Of a stretch of DNA of 64,000 bases, positions 56,853 to 64,000 are shown piece after piece. Each line of letters opens with the position of its first letter. Within the stretch, counting starts at the first letter, position 1. The position numbers were made by a program, and so were the translations under genes. The DNA is from Clostridiales bacterium (GTDB lineage: Bacteria; Bacillota; Clostridia; Lachnospirales; Lachnospiraceae): contig JAQYAS010000115.1 in assembly GCA_029338615.1 (NCBI GenBank), forward strand, positions 5,640-69,639, in the 5' to 3' direction. The notes beneath the pieces were generated by a model. The model was not told the origin of the DNA, did no database searches, and was given only the letters and a program-made list of their open reading frames with translations.

Positions 56853-58283
56853 TTACAGCATCTCCCTAAGCATCTTGTTGACAGATCCAGGATCTGCTTT
56901 ACCCTTCATAGCTTTCATAACCTGTCCGACAAGAGCTCCTAGAGCCTTCTCCTTACCGCCTTTGTAATCTTCAACAGCCTTTGGATTGTTATCTATTGCC
57001 GCCTGGCACGCCTCCTTAAGTGCATTGTCATCCTGGACAGTTACAAGTCCATTGTCATTTACATACTTCTCAGGATCTATATTATCTGCAAATACCTTTT
57101 CAAATACTTCCTTTGCAACACCACCGTTGATGACCCTGTCGTCCACGAGTTTGATAAGCTTTGCAAGATTCTCGGCTGAGAACTTCAGGTCTTCCGCATC
57201 AACACTGTTCTCCTTCATCAATCTCATGGTCTCTCCCATGATCCAGTTGGAAACCTTCTTTGCAGGCGCTCCAAGTGCGATAGCGTCCTCGAACAGATCT
57301 GCCAGCTTCTTTGAGGCCGTGATGATGTCTATATCATAGTCAGGAATCGCATATTCCTCTTTGTATCTTATCTTCTTTTCTTCTCTGAACTCAGGTTGTG
57401 CGTCTCTGACCTGCTGCAGCCACTCATCGCTGATATGAATCGGTACAAGATCCGGATCTGGGAAGTATCTGTAATCCTGTGCATCCTCCTTGGATCTCAT
57501 AGGATATGAATACTCCTTTGTATCATCCCATCTTCTCGTCTCCTGGACAACCTTCTCACCGGACTCGATGAGATCGATCTGTCTCTCTCTCTCGTTCTCT
57601 ATGGCTCTGGCGATGGCCTTGAATGAGTTCAGGTTCTTGGTCTCTGTACGTGTGCCAAACTCCCCTGAGCCAACCTCTCTGATTGAAAGATTGACATCAG
57701 CACGCATTGAGCCTTCATTCAGTTTACAGTCTGATGCACCAAGATACTGGATAGTCTCTCTGAGTTTCTCAAGATATGCTATTACATCCTCAGCAGATCT
57801 CATATCCGGCTCAGATACGATCTCTATAAGAGGCACGCCTGAACGATTGAAATCAACAAGTGAGCTGTCTGTATATGGATCATGGACAAGCTTACCTGCG
57901 TCTTCCTCCATATGTATCTCATGGATCCTCACATATTTCTTAACTCCGTCAACCTCTATCTCAACCTTACCATCCCTACATATAGGATAGTAGAGCTGTG
58001 ATATCTGATAGTTCTGTGGATTGTCAGGATAGAAATAATTCTTTCTGTCAAACTTACAGTTCTGTGTGATCTTACAGTTTGTCGCAAGACCAACTGCGAT
58101 CGCCTTATTTACAACTTCCTTATTCAGCACAGGAAGTGAACCCGGCATTCCTGTACATACCGGACACGTATGTGTATTAGGAGCTCCTCCAAATGCTGTG
58201 CTGCAGCCGCAGAATATCTTTGTCTTGGTCGCAAGCTCTACATGGACCTCAAGTCCGATGACTGTCTCATATGTCTTTGCCAT
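56853..58283 (-). CDS. gatB: Asp-tRNA(Asn)/Glu-tRNA(Gln) amidotransferase subunit B
   Basis: VIGLEVHVEL, RKNYFYPD, HMEEDAGK, DFNRSGVPLIEIV, DYRYFPDPDL. Confidence 0.98.
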   Translation of the reverse strand: MAKTYETVIGLEVHVELATKTKIFCGCSTAFGGAPNTHTCPVCTGMPGSLPVLNKEVVNKAIAVGLATNCKITQNCKFDRKNYFYPDNPQNYQISQLYYPICRDGKVEIEVDGVKKYVRIHEIHMEEDAGKLVHDPYTDSSLVDFNRSGVPLIEIVSEPDMRSAEDVIAYLEKLRETIQYLGASDCKLNEGSMRADVNLSIREVGSGEFGTRTETKNLNSFKAIARAIENERERQIDLIESGEKVVQETRRWDDTKEYSYPMRSKEDAQDYRYFPDPDLVPIHISDEWLQQVRDAQPEFREEKKIRYKEEYAIPDYDIDIITASKKLADLFEDAIALGAPAKKVSNWIMGETMRLMKENSVDAEDLKFSAENLAKLIKLVDDRVINGGVAKEVFEKVFADNIDPEKYVNDNGLVTVQDDNALKEACQAAIDNNPKAVEDYKGGKEKALGALVGQVMKAMKGKADPGSVNKMLREML

Positions 58284-58286
58284 CTC

Positions 58287-59759
58287 TTACAGCCCCCTTT
58301 CTGAAACCTGTGCAGGTCTCTTGTATTCTCTAGTCTTCTCAAATGCATATGCAGCTCTGATGATCGTCTTCTCGTCAAACGCATCTCCAACCATCTGCAC
58401 ACCTATCGGCATTCCATCTTTATCAATTCCACATGGAAGTGATATTCCCGGAAGTCCTGCAAGATTCACAGGAACAGTGTATACATCTCCCAGGTACATC
58501 TTGATAGGATCTGAAAGTGACTCTCCCATCTTCAATGCTGTTGTCGGTGCCACAGGTCCAAGGATGATATCGTACTTCTCAAATGCCTTGTCATACGCCT
58601 GTTTGATAAGTGCCTTTGCCTTGAGTGCCTTTACATAATATGCATCATAATATCCTGAACTTAATACGAATGAACCGAGCATGATTCTTCTCTTTACTTC
58701 AGGGCCAAATCCCTCTGAACGGCTCTTCTTGTACATGTTGTGAAGATCTGTGTACTCTGATGTTCTGTAGCCGTACTTTACACCGTCGAATCTCTCAAGG
58801 TTTGAGCTTGCCTCCGCTGATGCTATGATGTAGTATGCCGGGATCGCGTACTCAACCATTCCAAGATCAAACTCCTCTACGATAGCACCCTTTGCTTTCA
58901 GCGCCTCAGCTACTCCATACACAGCTTCCTTTATCTCAGGCTCAAGTCCCTCTGTGAAATAATCTCTCGGAAGTCCGATCTTAAGTCCCTTCACATCATC
59001 CACAAGTGCACTTGTGAAATCATTGTCATCTCTGTTCACCGATGTTGAGTCCTTCTTGTCATACTGTGATATGATCTCAAGGATCGTTGCACAATCCTCT
59101 ACATTCTTAGCAAGGGGTCCTATCTGATCAAGTGATGAACCGTATGCTATAAGTCCATATCTTGATACTCTTCCATAAGTTGGCTTGATTCCTGTGACAC
59201 CACAGAATGAAGCCGGCTGTCTGATGGATCCACCGGTATCTGAACCCAGGGCACAAGGCACCTCCTCGCCCGCAACTGCTGCCGCAGATCCACCTGATGA
59301 ACCGCCTGGAACTCTGCCTGTATCCCATGGATTTTTGGTTTCTCCGAAATATGATGTCTCGGTTGTACTTCCCATGGCAAACTCATCCATATTGGTATGT
59401 CCTACTATAACCGCACCTGCTTCCTGAAGCTTTACAACGGCCTCAGCAGTATATGTTGGAACAAAGTTTGACAGGATCTTTGATGAACAGCTTGTCTGCA
59501 CACCCTCCTGGCACATATTGTCTTTTATTGCTATTGGAACACCTGCAAGAGGACCGCTAAGTTCTCCTGCATCTATCTTCTTCTGCACTTCCTCGGCCTG
59601 GGCAAGTGCTCCCTCACGATCAACCGTGACAAAACTATTGTAATCCTTCTCGCATGCCTCGATGCTGTCAAGACAAGCCTGAGTCGCTTCAACTGCGCTT
59701 ACCTGTCCGTCTTTAATAGCTTTTCCCAGCTCTACAGCTGTCATACCCATTAAATTCAC
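58287..59759 (-). CDS. gatA: Asp-tRNA(Asn)/Glu-tRNA(Gln) amidotransferase subunit A
   Basis: AIKDN, NMDEFAMGS, GGSSGGS, GSDTGGSIRQPA, RFDGVKYG, EVKRRIMLG. Confidence 0.98.
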   Translation of the reverse strand: MNLMGMTAVELGKAIKDGQVSAVEATQACLDSIEACEKDYNSFVTVDREGALAQAEEVQKKIDAGELSGPLAGVPIAIKDNMCQEGVQTSCSSKILSNFVPTYTAEAVVKLQEAGAVIVGHTNMDEFAMGSTTETSYFGETKNPWDTGRVPGGSSGGSAAAVAGEEVPCALGSDTGGSIRQPASFCGVTGIKPTYGRVSRYGLIAYGSSLDQIGPLAKNVEDCATILEIISQYDKKDSTSVNRDDNDFTSALVDDVKGLKIGLPRDYFTEGLEPEIKEAVYGVAEALKAKGAIVEEFDLGMVEYAIPAYYIIASAEASSNLERFDGVKYGYRTSEYTDLHNMYKKSRSEGFGPEVKRRIMLGSFVLSSGYYDAYYVKALKAKALIKQAYDKAFEKYDIILGPVAPTTALKMGESLSDPIKMYLGDVYTVPVNLAGLPGISLPCGIDKDGMPIGVQMVGDAFDEKTIIRAAYAFEKTREYKRPAQVSERGL

Positions 59760-59772
59760 TTCAGCCTACCTC

Positions 59773-60060
59773 CTAGTCAAATGTCTTTGGCACCTTATAG
59801 CATCCATCCTTCTGCTCTGGTGCATTCTTAAGCATGTTCTCTCTGTCATCTCCATTTGTAACAACGTCCTCACGGAATACATTATTATATGGGAATGTGT
59901 GGCTCATCGCCTCAACACCTTCTGTGTCCAATTCATTCAGCTTGCTGACATAATCAAGCATATCTGACATATCCTTCTTTGCCTGCTCCTTTTCCTCGGG
60001 AGAGAGTTCAAGTTTTGCAAGGATTCCGACATAATCAATTGTTTCATCAGTTATCGTCAT
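59773..60060 (-). CDS. gatC: Asp-tRNA(Asn)/Glu-tRNA(Gln) amidotransferase subunit C
   Basis: [28 protein letters not shown]...YKVPK. Confidence 0.95.
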   Translation of the reverse strand: MTITDETIDYVGILAKLELSPEEKEQAKKDMSDMLDYVSKLNELDTEGVEAMSHTFPYNNVFREDVVTNGDDRENMLKNAPEQKDGCYKVPKTFD

Positions 60061-60174
60061 GATCTTGTTCTCCTATTCAAAATTTAAATATTGGTAAATA
60101 TATGTATTCACAAAAATAAAGAATGTGCCTCCCTATTATTCTGTATATAATAATGTAAACACATTCTCTCGCAA

Positions 60175-60271
60175 GTGGTATTTTGTACCACAAAATTCTT
60201 TTAAAATATACCACATTCGCAGATATTATGCAAGACTGCCGGTTGTTTTGCATAATATCTGCGCAGAGACA
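60175..60271 (-). promoter_or_regulatory. gatCAB promoter with two inverted repeats
   Basis: TTGCAT-17-TATATT (60233-60205); 15-bp arms GCAGATATTATGCAA / TTGCATAATATCTGC (60219-60271); GTGGTA-N5-TACCAC (60175-60191). Confidence 0.6.
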
Positions 60272-60293
60272 CCGTCTCCGTATTCTCAAGTCT

Positions 60294-61355
60294 CTACTCT
60301 ATTATACTCACTATCTCCTCAGAATCAGCCTTGACATTATATGTCCCACCAATGTCAAGTTTATCATATATAGACTCTTTAACTTTATATGTCTTTTCCT
60401 TATTCTTCACTTCACATGTGACTTCATATTCGACTGTTTTTTCCCCTAGCCTCTCCTTATCTGTGAGCTGAGGCTCCGGGTATTCCGGTGTCTTTCCACC
60501 GCCCTCTGCAGTCTCCGTCCTGTCGTACTTCCACCGCCATATCGTATAGTAATACTTCGTTTGATATATCGGCTTATCCCTGTAGACAGGAACCGATCTC
60601 GTCCTCGTCACATATCCGTAATCATCCACATCATTTGCCACCTCTGAAAATGTTCCATCACCATTATCCTCGTAGCTGTACTCCACATGAGAACCTATCA
60701 CTTCATATGAATCGTAGGTCTCCTCGCGCTCACCCACATATTCCTGTTCTGTATGATGGACCTCCTGTTTCGTGGTTTTTAGCGCAGCGCCCTCGGGGAG
60801 TTCCCAGTCGTCTTCATCACACAGAAGATATTTCTCCACATCAACACTGGTCTTCCACTTCATATCCCTGACTGTGATTGTTCTCTTCTTCGGCATGGTT
60901 ATGATCGCCGTAAGTCCGATTATCGCCGTTATCACCAGTATGCCGATCAGTACTATCTTCCATGCTCCAAATGAACGACCTCGTTTGCTACCCCCCTGCT
61001 CGCTGTTTTGTCCTCTGGCAGCTGTTCCTGTTCCGGATGCACTTCTGGCATTCTTTGCATCCTGTTCTTTTCTGACATCAAAATAAGCTTTATCCTGTGA
61101 ATCCCGTTCAGCACCACAGCTGCTGCACCGTGTGTTAAGAGCAGAATTGTAATTGCCACAATGGTCACACAACCAGTCGGCACCTTTTCCCTTTGTCTGG
61201 CTCTCCTCCGCAGACAGATACCTCACTCCGTCCATATAGAACTTGACTTCTTGTCCTCTCGGTTTTCCGCAGGACGGGCATTCGCGCCTCGTTCCTTCTA
61301 TATGTTTCGTACTACAATAAGGGCAGTCCCAATACCCCATCACAAGTTTCCCCAT
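60294..61355 (-). CDS. zinc-ribbon membrane protein (two CxxC..CxxC modules, one TM, exported domain)
   Basis: WDCPYC...CPSCG and WLCDHC...CSSCG; TM IVLIGILVITAIIGLTAII. Confidence 0.8.
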   Translation of the reverse strand: MGKLVMGYWDCPYCSTKHIEGTRRECPSCGKPRGQEVKFYMDGVRYLSAEESQTKGKGADWLCDHCGNYNSALNTRCSSCGAERDSQDKAYFDVRKEQDAKNARSASGTGTAARGQNSEQGGSKRGRSFGAWKIVLIGILVITAIIGLTAIITMPKKRTITVRDMKWKTSVDVEKYLLCDEDDWELPEGAALKTTKQEVHHTEQEYVGEREETYDSYEVIGSHVEYSYEDNGDGTFSEVANDVDDYGYVTRTRSVPVYRDKPIYQTKYYYTIWRWKYDRTETAEGGGKTPEYPEPQLTDKERLGEKTVEYEVTCEVKNKEKTYKVKESIYDKLDIGGTYNVKADSEEIVSIIE

Positions 61356-61480
61356 ACGCTATATCCTCCCCGTATATTTTTCTTATCTCATCGCCTGCAA
61401 TTTATCATATAATATGCCGTCACGCATGAGCGTGATAATCGCTTTATTATAGCCTGTCCTGATTAAATTTTAGTGGAAAA

Positions 61481-62014
61481 CTACAGATAACTTACCTGAA
61501 CAGACGCATCATAATCATGAGGTGTCTTGTTGTCAGTCTTATGTCCGACAGCAAGCGCTATCTGGAACGAGTACCCTTCCGGTATTGCAAGCGCCTTGTC
61601 AAAATATGCTTTCTTTTCCCCGTGAAGAGCATCATACACACAACCTATGATCAAGTTGCCAAGTCCCATGCTCTCCGCCGCTATAGCCATATTCTGTACC
61701 GCAATTCCTGCATCCACCTTGCTCCATCTGAAATCATCCTCTGCGCTCAGGAATATCAGAACAGGAGCCTCATAATAGAAATTGTGTGGCTGCTTATCCT
61801 GTCCTCGAAGTGCTCTCTTTTCCGCATCAAGCTCTTCCAGAATAGGCGCATCCCCTTTTACAACCGTAAAATGTATCTCTTTCTTATTCATGCCTGTAGG
61901 GCCCTGAAGACCAGCCTCGATTACCTTCTCCAGCTGCTCCTTCGTAACTTCTTCATCACTATACGCTCTAGCCGAGCTTCTCTTTTTTATTACCTCTAAT
62001 ACCTGATTGTCCAT
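61481..62014 (-). CDS. nitroreductase family protein
   Basis: IKKRSSARAY, GPTGMN, YEAPVLI, DAGIAVQNM..AAESMGLG..IIG. Confidence 0.9.
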   Translation of the reverse strand: MDNQVLEVIKKRSSARAYSDEEVTKEQLEKVIEAGLQGPTGMNKKEIHFTVVKGDAPILEELDAEKRALRGQDKQPHNFYYEAPVLIFLSAEDDFRWSKVDAGIAVQNMAIAAESMGLGNLIIGCVYDALHGEKKAYFDKALAIPEGYSFQIALAVGHKTDNKTPHDYDASVQVSYL

Positions 62015-62040
62015 TGTCTTTTACCTCCTATCTGTCATTC

Positions 62041-62424
62041 CTATACCGTTATCTCTATCTGATTATCCTCTATGCAGACCACACAGCTCTCATAGTATCC
62101 ATCGCCTGTCGTCCTCGGTCCGCTTATCACCTCATAGCCATCATCCGCAAGCTGTCTGGTAAGCTCATCCACTTTTTCTTTACTTCCCACACTGAATGCT
62201 ATATGTATAAATCCCGTTCTGTTAAGCTTTTTTTCAGCATCTTCCATCCCGGGCCTGTTCATTATCTCAAGCCTTGCTCCATCATCAAATGTAAGAAAGT
62301 ATGAACGAAAGTCTGTTTTAACATTGTGATAACCATCGTTTGCCGATGCTCCCAGATATCTCTCGAAGAAATTTTTCGTCTTCTCAAGATCATTCACATA
62401 CATGGCAACATGTTCTATCTTCAA
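62041..62424 (-). CDS. VOC/glyoxalase family protein (probable TTG start)
   Basis: KIEHVAMYV, RLEIM, IHIAFSVG, PRTTGDGYYES, DNQIE; TTG at better SD spacing than the ATG at 62430. Confidence 0.9.
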   Translation of the reverse strand: MKIEHVAMYVNDLEKTKNFFERYLGASANDGYHNVKTDFRSYFLTFDDGARLEIMNRPGMEDAEKKLNRTGFIHIAFSVGSKEKVDELTRQLADDGYEVISGPRTTGDGYYESCVVCIEDNQIEITV

Positions 62425-62505
62425 AGGCATTCCTCCTTATAATGATATCACCCCTATTCATACATATGGATAGGGGTGATATCATAGATTATCTTATGTC
62501 TACTA

Positions 62506-63714
62506 TTAGAGCATTCCCTCAAGAGTCTCTCTGATAGCCTTGATAAAGTTCTCGCTGTTCAATACTGTAGGATTCTCAAGTGTTGTGATGAGAGCCAAAT
62601 CCTTTGTCATCTTGCCATCCTCAATAGTCTTGATGGTTGCCGCCTCAAGCTTGTCCGCAAAATCCTGAAGTGCCTGGATTCCATCCAGCTCTCCACGCTT
62701 TCTGAGTGCTCCTGACCATGCAAAGATAGTTGCAACTGAGTTGGTTGATGTCTCCTCACCGGCAAGGTGCTTGTAATAATGTCTCATAACTGTTCCATGA
62801 GCAGCCTCGTACTCATACTTTCCATCAGGTGATACGAGAACTGATGTCATCATGGCAAGTGAACCAAATGCTGATGAGATCATATCGCTCATTACATCTC
62901 CATCATAATTCTTGCATGCCCAGATATAACCACCCTCGCTCTTCATAACACGGGCAACCGCATCATCTATAAGTGTGTAGAAGTACTCGATACCTGCTGC
63001 ATCGAACTGCTCCTTATACTCTGCATCAAATATCTCCTGGAATATATCCTTGAATGTGTGATCATACTTCTTTGATATGGTATCCTTTGTTGCAAACCAC
63101 AGTGTCTGCTTAGTATCAAGCGCATACTTGAAACAGCTTCTTGCAAAGCTCTCGATAGATTTGTCCACGTTATGCTGTCCCTGAAGGACACCAGGACCAT
63201 CAAACTTATGGATAGTCTCCTTTATAACCTGGCCATCATCACCTGTGAATACAAGTTCTGCAGTTCCAGGGCCTGGAACGTCGATCTCTACACTCTTGTA
63301 TACATCACCATATGCATGTCTTGCAATAGTAATAGGCTTCTTCCAGTTCTTAACACATGGCTCGATTCCCTTTACTACGATAGGTGCTCTGAACACTGTA
63401 CCATCAAGAATTGCTCTGATAGTTCCGTTAGGGCTCTTCCACATCTCCTTGAGATTGTACTCCTTAACTCTTGCTGCATTAGGTGTGATAGTTGCACACT
63501 TTACAGCTACACCATACTTCTGTGTTGCATATGCTGAATCAAATGTTACCTTGTCATCTGTCTCATTTCTATGTACAAGACCAAGGTCATAGTACTCTGA
63601 CTTGAGATCGATAAATGGATAGATAAGCTCATCCTTTATATACTGCCAGAGAATTCTGGTCATCTCATCTCCATCCATCTCTACAAGTGGTGTGGTCATC
63701 TGAATCTTTTCCAT
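62506..63714 (-). CDS. icd: NADP-dependent isocitrate dehydrogenase (type II, eukaryote-like)
   Basis: [54 protein letters not shown]. Confidence 0.95.
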   Translation of the reverse strand: MEKIQMTTPLVEMDGDEMTRILWQYIKDELIYPFIDLKSEYYDLGLVHRNETDDKVTFDSAYATQKYGVAVKCATITPNAARVKEYNLKEMWKSPNGTIRAILDGTVFRAPIVVKGIEPCVKNWKKPITIARHAYGDVYKSVEIDVPGPGTAELVFTGDDGQVIKETIHKFDGPGVLQGQHNVDKSIESFARSCFKYALDTKQTLWFATKDTISKKYDHTFKDIFQEIFDAEYKEQFDAAGIEYFYTLIDDAVARVMKSEGGYIWACKNYDGDVMSDMISSAFGSLAMMTSVLVSPDGKYEYEAAHGTVMRHYYKHLAGEETSTNSVATIFAWSGALRKRGELDGIQALQDFADKLEAATIKTIEDGKMTKDLALITTLENPTVLNSENFIKAIRETLEGML

Positions 63715-64000
63715 GTTTATATCCTCCATATCTGTGTATTGAGCAGACACATACAAAGATGCTTACACGCAACCTCTGCGTATTCTGCATGAAAAGTTCT
63801 ATATCTGTAATATACTCACTGCCGATTATAAACCATAAGAGGCTATATTTCTAGTTTTTTTGAATCATGCCTGCCATTTATTAATATTATTAAGCCCCAT
63901 ATGCTGACATGCAAATGAATGTTTATCATATATCATACATATCCATATATGCCTCTGACGGACACTTCACCTGATATTATATCGCGCACAGCTCCATCAG

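Noticed and set aside
62506-63714. Eukaryote-like isocitrate dehydrogenase as evidence of unusual transfer
   Set aside because: Type II NADP-IDH is already known in many bacteria, including clostridia.
1-64000. Remaining six-frame ORFs antisense to or nested within the called genes
   Set aside because: Shadow ORFs with no RBS or domain signal.

Overview
Chromosomal, mostly core-genome window from a low-GC Firmicute; gene content suggests Lachnospiraceae/Clostridia (inference). It holds pdxST, a comEA-RR-HK-GerMN lipoprotein-comEC-yitT cluster, argCJB/argG, a surface GH13 lipoprotein, an LnrLMN/LnrJK-type ABC exporter with a divergent two-component system, SH3b cell-wall proteins, tyrA-aroA, queA and T-box-controlled pheST. 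It also holds SpoIID/LytB, a probable 6S RNA, PPi-PFK, gltBD, a glycopolymer locus (LCP, two GT2s, UAP-type pyrophosphorylase, priming glycosyltransferase) joined to gatCAB, and icd. I found no rRNA, tRNA, CRISPR array, intact transposase, integrase or prophage gene. The best leads are: (1) a WalRK/MtrAB-LpqB-like three-component system placed between comEA and comEC, with comEC apparently starting at ATA and WalR-type boxes at two SH3b cell-wall gene promoters; (2) a dispersed family of GC-rich hairpins with cGNAg/cGNNAg loops and GGA internal loops, including a five-hairpin array between the pheS T-box terminator and pheS and a ~170 bp inverted-repeat element; (3) a gatCAB-priming GT-GT2-ribbon-helix-helix operon with palindromes at its promoter; (4) two decayed toxin-like remnants. 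All family assignments come from motif recognition and memory; no database search was run.
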